Assembly: GCA_013239625.1 (NCBI GenBank)
Contig: MU054212.1
Span: 1,798,001-1,862,000 of the forward strand
Origin: Lama guanicoe
Taxonomy: Eukaryota
Direction of reading: 5' to 3'
DNA: 64,000 bases
Shown here: positions 12,195 through 26,835 of the stretch, piece by piece
Position numbering within the stretch: the stretch's first letter is position 1
Layout of the letters: each line of letters starts with the position of its first letter
The notes under the pieces: model-generated
The model's input: only the letters and a program-made list of their open reading frames with translations
Database searches by the model: none
Told to the model about the DNA's origin: nothing
Position numbers and translations under genes: made by a program

Positions 12195-13899
12195 CCAAGG
12201 CTCAATCAGTCACATGGAAACGCTAACTGAACACAGAGTTCAACGTCAGAAGTGAGAGATCATGCATCTATTCTTCACACCAAATCAGAAATGGTCCTCA
12301 TTCTTAAAGACACAGATTCCAACTCTCTTGTAGACAAAGGTGAACATTAGAAGTTGCACCAACAAGACCAGTGGATGTTCTAAATTCAGAGTGAAGGAAT
12401 AATGGCCCCCATATCTTCCAGTTGTTTGGTGGTCCACAACTCTACGCCTGCTTCACTGATCAGAGGATTGTAAGCACACAGGGAAACAAATTATTTCAGA
12501 GCACGGTGAGAATGCTACTGTCTCTGCTGCCATTTTGCTTAAAGAAACAGCATCTCTGTTTCTGAACGTGATAATGTTAACCCTGTCCCTGCCACAATGT
12601 AAGCCAATCAGCAGTCTTCAGTGATCCCATCATGGTCCCAGCACCACCACAGCCCTGGTCGGAGATCATGAGGCACAGAGAAGTTGCAAAAGCCAAGTGA
12701 GACCACCCAGGAAGGTGTCCTGGGCCCAGCACACAGTTAGTTCTTCCTTGCCTCTCCTATGCATGCTGAGCTGAAACAAATCAAACCACACCTCTCTTTT
12801 CTTTGAAGATGCAGTTTCATTCAAAAGCACCTTTTGGTCATTCTGTTCAGGTGTGACATATTGACACAACCATCAGAGTGAAACCCTTCTATGAATTCCA
12901 AGAAACGCGTGCATGATTACTAGAGAAAAAATGTTGTGATGTGGAAGGTGAAAGGGTTCATAACAATTTCCATTTTCATTGCCCAGTATACTGAAATCTG
13001 ACCAGTGTTCTAGAACAAAGTTGAGTGTTAAAAGCTCAAAAGCTAACTATAGTTTATGGAATAAACTTCACCGTGGCTAGGCATTTGCTATACTGACAGG
13101 GTTTTTTTGTAGGGGGCTTGAAAAAATCCATTAAAGCAACGTGTGTAAGTGCTACTGTCTGTAACTATAAAAGAAGTTTAAAATAAAACTCTAATAACCA
13201 AGAAAATGCTCAGCCTTTAATACCAAGTCATTGAACGATAGCCCCAAGACTGTCATCTCTCCTGATATATGGCTCTTTTCTGGCTGCCAGAGGGGTATTT
13301 ATGGTCCCCACTACTTATATATGAGTAAATGATACAGATGGCCTGAATGCCAATTAATACAAATGAAAATAACCAATAATATATATCTTCTTTTCATAAA
13401 TGACTATAATTTGACATTCTTGAAATAATTTCATCCAGTTCTTCAAATTATGCTAATCGTGCTTCCTCTTTTGTGTCTTCTTTTATTTCTTTGTGTTGCT
13501 AGGTACCCATACACACATTCACAGACTCACATAAAAGGCAATTACCATCACTTAAATTTATATGAAAACAAAATCAGTGGTAGATGCAGACATATAAAGA
13601 CTCACATGTGTTCTAATTCTGACACTCCAGTGTTCTTTACCTATTAAAGTAAATATGTAAAAAGAAGAATATTTTTCTATTGTATTCTATTTCTGTAATA
13701 AAACCTTCCCCCCACATGTCTGGTAATAAGAAAAAAAAACCACTCTGTATTTTGGGATTCCAAATCATAGCTTTTTTAAGTTGTGAAAAGTTAGTGCAGT
13801 TCAAATGACAGGATATGACTGAAATGCTTTACTTAGATTTTATTTTTTAAAATATGTTTCATTATGCTTTTATTCTCTGATCAATTTGTACTTTTTATA

Positions 13900-14392
13900 T
13901 ATTTTTTCTTTACATTTTAAGGCATAATTTGTACATCATAAAATACACATACAGTAAGTGTGCCATTTTGCAAGTTTTGATGGATGCAGATGGCTGTGTA
14001 ACAAACACTGCAATTAAAATCCAGCATATTTCCATCATCCCACTAAGCTTCCTCAGGCCCTTTGGTAATTAATCTCCCATCCTGGCCTCTAGATGCAACC
14101 ACTGTTCTGGTTTCTATCACTATAACTTATTTGTTACCTATTTTATAACTTCACATGAATCGGATGGGGTTGCATATATTCTTTTAATCTAGCATCCTTC
14201 GCTCGGGGTACTGTTATAATGGTTTGAGATTTATCTGTGTTGTATGTATTAGTTGTTTATTCCTTTTTGTTCCTGAGTGTTATTCCATTTCATTAACCTG
14301 TTGATGGACATTTGGGCTGTTTCCAATTTGGGGCCATTTTAAATAAAACTGCTATGAAAATTCTTGTACAAATCTTTTAGAGGACAGATGTT
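13900..14392 (-). mobile_element. L1MB/MC-type 3' end
   Basis: AAGGCATAATTTGTACATCATAAAATACAC...CAACCACTGTTCTGGTTTCTATCACTATA...CTGTTGATGGACATTTGGGCTGTTTCCAATTTGGGGC. Confidence 0.85.
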
Positions 14393-14619
14393 AATATCTA
14401 AGCCTTACATATCTAACCAACATCCTTTATATGGAGAAATCAAATCAAGATATTTATGTCTCCTAGCCACAAACCCCAGTGCATCCCAGGATCTAAAAGG
14501 GACAGCGAGACACATTATTATGTGGTGGGATGCTGGCCAAAATAATGTCCTAGCTCTTCCAGGACTACCTATACCCGTTACTTAGCAACCTCAGTATAAA
14601 CAGAATTAACTTAGTTTTC

Positions 14620-14730
14620 CTGCTGCCTAGTATAGTGCCTTGTACCTAGAAAAAAATTCAGTGAATTCTTATTGAATTTTTAAATGCACATGTAATTGAA
14701 TAGATGGATGAATGAATGAAAGAATGAATG
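14620..14730 (+). mobile_element. L2 3' end fragment
   Basis: GCCTAGTATAGTGCCTTGTACCTAG...TTGAAT...GAATGAATGAA. Confidence 0.6.
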
Positions 14731-17700
14731 ACTCCTGAGTTTCCACATAAGCGAGTACAACTTCACAGAGGATCATTGCCACTAGATAAAACCTGCAATG
14801 AGGCTTTTCTTTCTCTTACCCATGTAAATGTGGTCCTGTCCTCCAAAATTCAGAAAAGAATGAATAACTCTCAACATACCACAGCAATAAAAATCAAAGA
14901 ATAACACTGGGGTGAGTTGGTCGAATGACTCCTCCTGATGTTATTTTAAAGTTCCAAGAATGACTGAGATATCTTGCCAGAGCTGACCCAGCAGAATCCC
15001 TGGGTACCAAGCTTCTAGGCTTAACTCCTAAGGGTGGTTAAAGAGGTAGGGAACATTTGCCTCCTCTGGGGGAGGTACAGACATAAGAGGTCTTCCTAAA
15101 ATGCCCAGATACTATCCAGGGCCATCTAATATTAGGAGAGGATGCTTCTTTCCTACTCTTCAGATTTCTTTCCAAATAGAGGGCCTCTTCCCACCTTGTC
15201 CTCCACTCATACCCTGAGGAGAGGTGGAATCAATTATCTGGGAATTAATTGGGAGAAAGAAACGGAGTGTATTTCCTAGACTTTTCCTCTCTTCCTGCTC
15301 TTGAGAGAGAGTCATCCATAGGATACAAACATCGGTCCTGCTTCTCTGTATCCCACGTTTTATAGGGCAGCCTCCCAGGTGTGGGGGCTAATACTGATCT
15401 AACCAATGTGATCCATTCGGAAAGTCTGTCTAATTCTGGGTCTTTCTATTACAAAGCCTTCTTGCCTAAAGATATAAGCCATATTCCCCAACATCAGGAT
15501 GAAAGGTAATATTTTGGTTTCCTGCCATACTTTTAATCTTCTATCTCAATAAGATTGTTTAGAACTCAGGTGGGGAAGAGGGTTTTATTTGCTTGGCATC
15601 TTCATACCCTATTGACTCTTGAAACTATTTTTTGCCCCCATCCCTCCCATGGCCTCAGAAACTTATCTGATACATTTTCTTGTTCCTGAAGGACTTACAC
15701 TGAATTACTCCAAAAGCATTATGTTGCCTAAATATATAATGTGGTAGTTCCATTACATGGTAGAAAAGCTGAAAATTAAATAGTCCCAAAGATTTATGGC
15801 CCAGATTAAATATTGCCCCAATTGTCATCCCACAAACAGAACAAAGGATCCAAGTGTTTTACAGATTTAAAAAAGTCAAAGACACAGGGAAGATTATCCA
15901 ATGAGACTCCAGCAGAGAGGGGTTGGGCTATTGTACATTTTACAGCCCTGGGTGATGGCTGCACCCACCCCCCCGTATATATATATAGAGAGAGAGATAT
16001 GACTATATATATATATAGGGACTTTTGGTAGAGAAACAACTCAAAAGGGAAGTCACATTCTCCCAAAGAAAGCTTGAAATTAGCCTGGGTTTTCCCAGAT
16101 CTGAAAGGTCAACCGAGTCAGGCTAGGTCCTAAGCATCAAAACCGTTTTTGTGCTCGTTTAAAGAGTGAGACAGTGAAATGGCTTGTTCATTTAGGGGAT
16201 CTTCATAGAACATTTTCAGCCAATTATGATGTTGCTCAGCAAATCTGAAAAAAGGGAGAGAGGAAGGACTGAGCTCCCTTCTTCCCATGTGGCCATTCCC
16301 ACTTGGTAATTTCCACCTTGCTCTCCCTGGTGGTACTGCTTTCTGCACTGTCTCCAAAATCTGAGCTCTGGAATGATGCCTTCTCTCCAAGACCAGGTCT
16401 TTGAAATCGTTGGGGTCAGAACTGGCTTTGGTCCACGGTCGTTTTCTGGTCATAGCCTGGTACATCCTTAGGTTGTAAAATCTCTCTAATGCTGAACACT
16501 TCCTAAGAGCTTTAAAGTGATTCCAGGTAGATGCTCACAGGGTCTCCATGATGCCTCTCCAAATACCGAGGGGTGCTAAGAGGTGAGTCACAGTCCCAAA
16601 TGCTGCCACCCTGTCAGCCCTGGTATCAGCCTTTCTATGCCAAATCCCCCATGCTGTTGCAACCCTTTTCATTCTTCTTACCAGAAGGAGTACATCTTAA
16701 AATTTCTTCATTTGCAATGAACTGGAGCTCAGAATCCCCAGCCAAGCATCCCCACCACTTTCTTGGATACTCGAAATAACACACGTTCCAAGCAAAGAGT
16801 GAAAAAACAACTTTGACATTAAAAACATGGGAGCAACTAGCCACATTGGTTTTGATCTGTAATTGAGGTGAGGTGAAGTGGCCATATATATATTTTTTAA
16901 TCTCCCTCTTTTTCCTTCGCATTCCATCACAAGAGCTGCTGACCCAGCTCTGACAAACACGCTCGGTCATCTCTGACCCTTCCTCGTTTCCAACTAACAA
17001 AGTTCGGCTTTGTCACTGCGATCCTCTGCTGGTGCACAGATTTATCCCTTTGGACTCGGTCCTGAGGAGTAGCCCGTGTGTGTTAAAACCACAAAATGGA
17101 GCTCATAATGAGTTTGCTGCTGCCTCATCCATGCCTCTAGCTGCAGGCAAGGCATTGAAAACCAATGAAATCAGGCCGCTTTCCTCAACCCCGAAATGAA
17201 GATGTCGGAATGTTAACAGAGACCCACCGACAGAAGAACAAGAGCACTTGTTCATTATTGGAAAGAGAACACTGCCTTTTTGCTTCTTTGATAAATAAAA
17301 ACTACGTCTGTCAGGTGATGACAGCCCAGGACATTGTGGGGGAGCAATCAAGCATAATCTACCAGCACATTCTTTGACACAGAGCTTGTAAGGAAATTTC
17401 CAGTTTCCTCCTCCTTTATCACGTTCACAGACTCTTTAGCACTGACTGCCCTTTTGCCTTTCTGGTGCTGTTTACAAGCTGAAAACACTTCTAGAAGCCA
17501 AACCCCCAACTTTCAAGTAAGGTGCTAAACGCTGTTTCTTGCTTGAGGCTCTCTTTCAACTGCCTTTCTCTTCGAGGAATAATAATGACTCCCTTCAGGA
17601 AGGCTCTGGCAGAGAGGGTGGGGAAGAAAAGTAGATCCCTCTCCCTCGCAGAGGAAATTGAAATTAGCCTAATTAGATTTTCTGAGCGCTTAGATACCAC

Positions 17701-18949
17701 GGTGATAGACACCATCTAAATACAGAGACAGAGAGGAGGAGAGCACAGATGTTGTGTGAGACCACCGATTTAGTTCCAAGTCAATACTCTTAATTAACTG
17801 CAAACTGTTTAAATATATAACATCCCCATCATGCAGCCAGTAACACCTATATAGAACTCTTCATGGCAGCACCTTCAAGTAGAAAACAAAATAACAATCA
17901 CATCCAAAAGTACAAAGCTGTAATAATAATTACTTATATTTAATGTAGATACACTGCCTTGAATTCCAAGGCCCTTAATGGTATTATGCGCTTGGTAGAT
18001 AATCGACTCTTGTCCAAAATAGAAATGTGCCTATCAGTGAGGTGGGGGAAAAAACGCCAAAATCAGCTACAATCTGAAAGATACCAACTATACTGTATAG
18101 ATGGAGGTTTGGGTCTTTCTTTCTCTCTTTCTTTCTTTCTTCCTGTATGTTTAATGTGCAACTGACCTAAGTAAAATGCATATGATTCCTTATTTGGTGG
18201 GTGCCTAGATGTTGTGGTATTGGTTGTAGGCTGAGCTCCTGGCCCAAAGTGGAAATTCGAGGAGAGGCTTACTTCTCACTCAAGGAAATAACAGTATTAG
18301 AGCCTGAGCATCAAGTAAGCCTTAAAAGAGAATCAAAATGTCTCTGAGAATCTCCAAGGCCACTGGCAGTAATCACAGGTGACATATTTCTTTTTCTAGA
18401 AGTTAGAACAAAGTCATTTGCTTGTAGTTTATTCTCTTATCCATTTATTCCCTTATACACTTACGGAATTCTCTTATCCTCTACAAGAAAACGTCACTTA
18501 ATAAACATAGTCCTCATATTTGTTTTTCCAGACTGTAAACAGTCTTAAAAAAAAAAAGTCTGTCTCCTCAAGGGATAGACCCTGTGACTGGGACTATGAG
18601 AAGTTAAATAAAAGCAGTAAATGTTTGTGAATGCACAAATGAGGGATCGATTTATGATTACAGTAGAAGTTTGAATTTTTATGTAACCATATAGCAAATA
18701 TTTATTAAGCATTTATTCTATGTTAAATCCTGGACAGACAGAAGTAAACAAAGGATTTTCCTGCCCTCCTGGAGTTCACAGTACCATAAAGCAGATAAAG
18801 ACTAAATGTATAAACACAAGCATTTCTAGTAACAATTATGGAGGGGAGTGGCTACATGAAATCCATACAAAATATAAAAAACAATTAATTATAGGAATGG
18901 GAAAACATCTAAAGGCAGACAGAAGCCAGTGGAGAGTTTGCTTTTAAAA

Positions 18950-21915
18950 ACTTGCAACTAGGAGGAGGAAGAATTAGGAATTTGTAGTTATCTTGCCTGA
19001 AGATACTCTTCAGCTCCCCTGGCTAGGGCAATGGAAGACATCAGTCACCTTACAGGCTTAAGATACCAGGGAACAGAGCTCGGGGGAAATTTTAAGGGAG
19101 AAATCTGAAAGCAAGAAAATGGCAAAAGGATTGAAGCTGCAAAATCTGAGCATAAATTTTACCCAAATCACTGGTTGCCCACAAAGTAGGCATCTGTGGG
19201 GGAGAATCTGACAGAGGCACCAAAAAAGCAAGCAATGGCCAGAAAGGAGTGTAGCCTTAAAAGATAGAACTGCTTTGGGTGCGTTCTCTGAATTTACCCA
19301 GGGCGAATCTAAACAGTCAGCAGCTTGAAGTCAGAAGAACTGAATGGAGTTACCAACAACTACACACCATAGGAGAGACAAGGTTTTCAATTTGACTCCA
19401 AGCAAATTAACTGCCTAATAAAACAACAACAATAACAGAAATACTTGGAATAAAATGACAGAATCCAGAGTCATTACATTGTGTTTTCTACAATGTCCAC
19501 TTTTCAAACAAAAATTACTAAACATGCTAAAAAACATAAAAATGTGGCCCATACTCAGGAAAACATAAAAGTCAATGAAAACCAGCTCTAATTGATCCCA
19601 GATGTTGGCCCAATTAGACTTCAAACCAGCTATTATAAAATGTTCAAATGATTCAAGGAAAATGGTCTTAATGAATGACTAGTTAGAAATCTCAACAGAG
19701 AAATGACAACCATAAAAAATTAAAGTTCTAGAGCTCAAAAGCACAATAACTGAAATGAAAAATTCACTAGATGGGATTAAAAGCAGATTACAGTGTCAGG
19801 AGAAAGAATCAATGAATTTAAAAAGAGATTAATAGAAAGTATCCAATCTGAAGAACAGAGAGAAAAAGGATTGAAGAAAAATGAACAGAGCATCAGATAT
19901 GTATGGGACACTACCAAGAGATACCATATAGAAACTGGAATGATTTCAAATTGGAATGATAGGAGAGGTGAGAAAGGAGCAGAAAATATTTTTAAAGAAA
20001 TAATGACTTAAAACTTCCCAAATTTTGTGGAAAACATTAACTTATAACTCCAGGAAACTCAGCAAACCCCAGGAATGATAAACCATCATAGTCAAAGTGC
20101 TGAAAGCCAAAGATAAAGAGAAAATCTTTAAAGTAGCCAGAGTAAGATGACATGTTACATACAAGAGAATAATAATGTGTTTACTGGCTGACTTCACATC
20201 AAAATAATGGAAGCCATAAGAAATTAGAATGGCATATTTCAACTGCTGGAGGGAGAAAAAAACTGGAGACCAAGAATTATGTATCCAAAGAATTTATCCT
20301 TCACAAATGAGAGAGAAATTAAGGCATAGCCAGATAAATAAAACTACAGTAATTCATTACCAGTGGAATTATGCGATTAGAAATGCTAAAGGAAGTGTTT
20401 GAAGCTGAAAGGAAATGACATCAGATGGCTACTTAGATTTGCACAAAGAAATAAAGAGCACCAGAAATGGTAAATATACGGATCAATAAAAAGAACTTAA
20501 TGTGTACACCCCCACATATACGCATACACTTTTTCTTTTCTTCTCCATTTCTTTGAGAGACACATGGCAGTTTAAGCAAAATTGATAAAATTGTATTTTT
20601 AAGTTAGCAACATATATATATTGATGTCATAGTCATATGACAACACTAACACTAAGAATGGTGGGAAGTCTGGGGAAATGAAAAGCTACTGTTGCAAGAT
20701 TATTATACTTTACTTGAAGTAATTCAACACTAAATAAATTGGGATAAGTTAAAGATATATGTGTTAACCTCTAGAACTACCATCATAAAAATGCATGAAT
20801 TGGCTTGATACTAGAAAGCCAACAGAGGAACTAAAGCAAAATAGTAGAAAATATTTAGCTAACACAAAAAAGATAGGAGAGAAGGAACAACAAACAAACA
20901 AAACAGATGACATAAAACAAAGAAAATAAATATTAAAACAGCAGACCTAAAGTCAACTATTTCAATAACTGCACCAAGTTTATATTGATTAAATATTCTA
21001 ATAAAAAGGCATGATTTTCAGATTGAATGAAAAGTCAAGAACCATTTATATACTGTCTATAAGAGATACTCTTTAAATACATAGAAACAAAAAGGTGAAC
21101 AGTAGATGGACTGAAAATACTATACCATGCTGATAGTAAGCACAAGAAAATGGGAGTGGCCATGTTAACAGCAGACAGAATAGACTGCAAGATAAAGTAT
21201 GTTGCTGGAGATAAAGAGAGAAACTTCACAGTGGAAAAAAAACATTAAGAAAATTAATTTAAATTACAATTATAAATACTTTACACATCTAATAACAGAG
21301 TTTCAACATAATCAAGTAACAATTGACAGAGAAATACACAGATCCACACTCAGAAAGGCTTTAACATTTCTCTCAGTAATTGATAGACTAGCTAGACAAA
21401 AAAAAAAATTGAGAATCTAGAAGAGCTAAATGAAACTATCAACTACTTTTACTTGATTGTGATTTATAGAACAATGCAGTCAGCAAATGCAGAATAAACA
21501 TTCTTTTAAACTTACATAGCAGGTTCACAAATGTAGAGGATATGCTGACTGAAACAAGTCTTAATATATTTCAAAAGATTGCAGTCTTACAGAGAGCTTT
21601 TTCTGGCTACAATTAAATTTATAACTCAACACAAGTAGAATTTTAAGAAAACTCCAAATATGTGAAATTAAATAATTCACTTCTAGGTAATCCATTGGAG
21701 AAAGTAGATATTGTGAGGAAATTTTTCTAGGTCAAATAAATGAATTTATCAAGGTCAAAAGATTCAAGGTCAATATAAAACACCAATTACATCTCTATGT
21801 GCTAGTAATGAATAACTGGAAAATGAAATAGAAATTACAGTTCCACTTACCATAGCATGCTCTAGTTATCCTAATCCGTAATTAGGGATAAACATAACAA
21901 AATATATACAGAATT
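18950..21915 (+). mobile_element. Old L1M element: 5' region, ORF1, long inter-ORF spacer, ORF2 endonuclease, then a short RT-region piece after a large internal deletion
   Basis: ORF 19793-20011 (ERINEFKKRLIESIQSEEQREKGLKKNEQSIRYVWD) is an L1 ORF1p coiled-coil remnant. ~21020-21080 is a decayed WIKKQDPTICCLQET (EN). Many stops and frameshifts. Confidence 0.9.
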
Positions 21916-24775
21916 CTTATATTTTTTATTTCTTGAGTTCCCATAAGCATCTTCATATGTTAATTATAGTACTTTGTTAATTGTTTATTTGTAATAATTC
22001 TGGGGCAAAAATCGTGTCTCATCATCATCTTATCACCAGTGCATAGCACAGAGCCCAAATAATGAATTAATAAACACCTATGCATATATTATCCTAATAC
22101 CACAACCTACCCACATGGATGAAAGTTTTGAAAATGGAAAAACATACAGAATGTATCAGCCATGGTCCCTTCACTATCCATATTTTAGATCATTTCCCTC
22201 CAGCCTTTTTTCCCCTATAGGTTGTGTTTTAGACTTTCTTAACACGTTATTCATACAGTAGCATTTGTTTGTAAATATAGCAACTGTCAAAGTCCTACCT
22301 TATTCATGTTCAGACTTCCTCTAGTTACCGTCTGCTGTTTTGATTCACTGAAACAAAGTAAACTGTGGTCAGCTACCAAAAACTTGAAGGAGGCTGCTCC
22401 CACCATAAAAGCGGTCAGCTGATGTTTTAATGCAATCGCTGGGCAGGCTCCCTCACCTCAACACTGTCCCCACACACTTATGTGTTGTATTAACTTTGAG
22501 AGGATTTGAGCCACATGACTCTGGCATAACTACTTTTTCAACTCATTCATTCAAGGGCGTTAAAACTGGAAAGCAGGAGATGGAGTATACACCCATTACA
22601 GGAAAATTTGGGCCATGATCTGAAAATCTTCAACATACCAGATCGAAACAGCCCTGGAAAACAATGGTGTTCAAAAAAAGTACCTAAATACTAAGTAAAA
22701 TGAGTTCCTGCCCCAATTCCTCGTGCTTCAGGAAACAATTTAGGTCACAGTAGAAACATGAGGTTCAAAAACAAAAAATTCTGTACACTGAAAAAAGTAA
22801 GATTCAAACAGGGAAGTACTTTTCCAGATAGACCAATACAAGTGCTTGTCAGCCACAGTAAAAGTGCGCAGATAACAGCATCAAACATCTGAGACGTGTC
22901 CGAAGGCAGTAACAACAGAAATAAAACTCTGGTCATTAGACACAACAGACCGATGGGATCATTGTCTTGGAGCCGAACACAGAATAAAAGCTAGATTGAC
23001 TGAAATGTCCTGTATAAACTCACAGGTCCATGGGCCACAGACACTCATTGGCCGCCGTGAGGAGCAATCCTACATAAGCTGTTTCCTTGAAAATTAGATA
23101 CCGTGGATCCAAACTCTGCCTCCACTTCTAACAGAGCGGAGACATGCCTGGGGAAAACAGAAGGCAGAAGGGTAAGAGATCATCAAAAAATCGCCCAACA
23201 CCACTTCGCAAAACTCAGTCTTCTGGACACCTGAGAGAAGAGGGCTGGCTGAGCAGAAATAACCTCAAGGTGACACTTCGTACGTCTTTGCTGGACGCAA
23301 GGAGAAATCAGACAGGGAAGGGAAGGAAGTATGACAAATTGGATGAAAGGGACCCACTGAAATGAGAGAGAATTGACTCTTCTGAAACTGTGCACCTGGG
23401 TCTTCTTCTCAAGGCCAGCATCCTCCAGATCCTGCAAGCTCACCACCTCAGGGCAGCCTCCCCTCGTGGCCGTGAGGCCTCCTTCATTTACCCTCTACTG
23501 GAATTAAAGTTGTCGTGCTTAGTCTCTTCACCATCAGAGCAGTTTGTTGCAGTGAATTGTTTATCTGTGATGATTCTAGGGGAAAAAACACATCCCAAGC
23601 ACTGCCTTCAGTCAGTGCCTAGTGCAGAGCCCAGCTAAGTGAATTAACAAATGCATACACACATATTAACCGAACCTTCCTGAGAACTGCATCTTTTATC
23701 CCCTGTTCTCTAGATCTTAGTGAGATGCCTAGCACACAGCAGTCACTCAGGAACTTCTAAATGAAGCCAAACTTTGATTCATGCTAAGGCTAACTTTAAA
23801 CACAGCAAATGACACTATCTTGCATTGACAAAATAGGCCATTTCCAGATGAAAAATCATACTCCACAGTGACCCTTGGGCAAGGTCATCTCTCAGGAGTT
23901 TAGAAAATTAGAATGTCTTTTCAGAGTAAAGGCAGCTGGACTCAGACCGGGTGGTACACCTTCTGACTCAGTGTCCCTATCATCCCATGGCAAGCTCAAA
24001 AAGGCCCGCTCGTGACCAACACTCACCTGTTAGACACACATCAGACACGTCCTGAGTCAGTCTGGACGCAGCCACCACCAGGGGCAGACCTCAAGAACGG
24101 CTGGGTTGCAACATGTCCTAACAGCAGAGGCTGTCCTTGATTTCACGTTCTCTCCAACTGCAAAGAGAGAAGTCGTTTTTCACTATCGCCGACTCCAAAG
24201 AAGAGAGACCCCTTGGAAGACTAGGAAAGAAAGCTAGTGGCATGCTTTCTGAACGAGAAAGAATAAGAAAGTTGGGGATCTGTCCCCCAAGGCTGTACAA
24301 GAGTAGAGTACGAGGTGCTGAAAAGACTTTCGGGTGTGAAATAGATTCTTTCCCTGTAGAAAACGGGGCTCTGCGCTCAGAGGCTTGAACAAGTGGGAAA
24401 GAGTGGAATTTTCAATAGGAGAGACTTGGGTCAGCTCTGAAGTGCTGGTTTCTTCAGCCTCCATAGTGTTCTTGGGGATTGGTAAAGACTCAGGGAACGC
24501 CCAAGAGGTCCCCACCGCCACTGGCTCCACTCCCGTCAATGGCGGCTGCCCTGTACAACGGCCCCGTGTGTGCTGAGCTCCTGTAGTTCCACTGGAGCCT
24601 CTGCTCTTGCTGCCTCTAGTGGGAGGACATTTTCCTCCCAGATGGACAGTCCTTTAAACAGACCTTAAGTTCTCTGGTCTCTAGGTGAACATGGCTTTTT
24701 TTTTTTTAAGCTTCCTAAAGTATTTTCAGCTTTCCATTGTCCTTTGCTGAGGAACTTACTTCATTATTTGTTTTT

Positions 24776-24825
24776 CTCTTTTTTTCTTCTTCTTCTTCTT
24801 TTTATTTTATTTATTTATTTATTTA
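24776..24825. repeat. Simple repeat (TTC)n/(TTTA)n
   Basis: Directly visible. Confidence 0.8.
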
Positions 24826-26756
24826 GAGGAACTTCTTTCAGATGCTGGCCCATGGCCTCTTTAGGAATCTTGCTCTAAGTTGTTAACCAGCACGCTTCCC
24901 AGACCTCCACCTTCCGTCGCCAAATATCTTACACATCCTTTGATTTTCCTCTGCTTTCTGAAGCATTCCTTTCCCCTCCACATTTTCCCCTCCCTTTTCA
25001 GCCTGAAGGGCCTGATACTGATATTCAGTCTGCCTTACCTACGTTCTTCTTCATTATTTGTCCCAGGGAAAGACATGGCATGTGGCTGGCTTGGGTACCA
25101 CTGCCTCTCCCTCCTCCTACCAGGGCAGACATTACCGTCCAGTCTGAATGCATCCTCCTTCCCCACTCAGCCAGCCCTTCCTGCCAGGCAGGAAACGTGC
25201 CCTGCATGGAACTTCTTTGTCATTCCTGGCACAAAGGGCTCTGTGCCTCCGTGTTCCTAAGATGGGTTTGTACTTAGGGTCCAACCCTCGAGCAAAAAGA
25301 AACTTTCTCATCTCCTTGGTTATTTACAAGAGAGATTCAGAGGGAACTTGGGAAATAACGATGTTACGTCTATAGGTCTGGGATGCTTAAGGATGAGCCT
25401 GTTTGGGGAGAGGGAAGTCTCGGTGATCACCACAGACCTTTCCCTAGGAAGACACATCGCTAAGAAAGCCAGAAACACTTGCGAAGTTTGTTCCAATTAG
25501 TTCTTCCTGGCCCTTTCTTTAATTACCCACCTGAAATGTCTCAGCCAGTCATACTAGGACAATGGTAAGACTGGCTTTGTACGCTATGAAGGTGCCAGCA
25601 AAATTATGTGATTTAGATAATTATGGAGAAAGAAAACAGCCTTAGAGTTTACTGAGTCTAACCTTAGAAGAACCCAAAGCCCAGATAAGAGAAGTGACCT
25701 GTTGTAGTTTCTGAAACCAAGCAGAAACAGAGCAGGGCTGTGTGACCTTGTGGTGCGACCTGCTGGGCTTAGCTGCCTTCCCCCACAGTCCCATGAACAG
25801 CCCCCACCTTACGTTTGCCTCCTGCTCCCTGGTGTCAGACATTCTTCAGTGAGGGCACATTTGTATGGGAGAGGGTTGATCGTGACCAAGAAAAACACCA
25901 CCCATTGTACATTTTTGCTGATGAATGGCCCTGAAAATGAATAACTGAAAAATACAGTGAGATTGGGTTTGGTTTTTTTTTTTTTTTGGATGGAAAAGAA
26001 AATAAAACTCCAGACAGCAGCCTTTTCAGATAGATGATATGAAACAAGAAAGGTAAGATGCAAGAATGATTAGGTCTATGCAGACAGCTAATTGGTAACT
26101 TATCTGCTGACACAGAAGTGAGACCAAGAGACTAGGCTCCTCTCACCAACATTTGGGCCCCTTGAGGAAGGACTGGGCACCCACGTGGCCGTGCACAAGC
26201 AGAGGACAATGTGGTAATCCCAAGCCAACCCTAGTATTTTATCCTCCATCTGCTTCGAAGGAGATGAAGATTGCTTTGGGAAGAATGCTTTGGGGAAATA
26301 ATTAAAGTGGGACACGTGGCTAAACTACAAACAAAGTTTATCAACATTGCTTATATTTGAATACAACTTTCTCTCACTGGTCATCTCGCTTCTTGGTGAA
26401 ACCACAACACAAACACAAATGTTTCTTGCTAGTTCTTCCCTATTTTTGGATGGGAGGGAGATCTTGAAGAAAATTATCTGGGTAAATTCAGATCAAAAAT
26501 AGCCCTATCTGTAACTTTGTATGGGGGGTTCATAGGGAAGTGTTTATTTTGTTCCACTTGAAAGAACTGGATAATTTACTGAGTTTTCTAATGAAGCTTT
26601 AAGCGCTAAAGGCCCATCTAACAATTCCTTCCCTGAACCTCTATGTCTTCCCTAAATGCCTAGGGCACAGCATTTCTAGAAGTAGTTATGCTGCCCCTCC
26701 CTGTAATTTTCCTCTCCACAACCCTCTCCTCATCCTCTATTGCATTTAGTCTTAGG

Positions 26757-26835
26757 AACACACACACACACACACGCACACAATGTGCACATGCACGTAT
26801 ACACGAGTATACATGCACATGTGCACACCTGCACA
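26757..26835. repeat. (CA)n microsatellite merging into an alternating purine-pyrimidine tract
   Basis: ACACACACACACACACACGCACAC...TGTGCACATGCACGTATACAC... Confidence 0.85.

Noticed and set aside
11137..12660. REST/RE1 motifs (TTCAGCACC... ~11137; CCAGCACCAC... ~12638)
   Set aside because: The right half-site GGACAG is missing or mis-spaced.
19793..20011. Functional coiled-coil protein
   Set aside because: It is a remnant of L1 ORF1p within a heavily mutated old L1.
24070..24625. CTCF sites (CCACCAGGGGCAG ~24075; TGCCTCTAGTGG ~24611)
   Set aside because: Both are one base short of the CCASYAGRKGGCR core spacing, so they cannot be supported without ChIP data.
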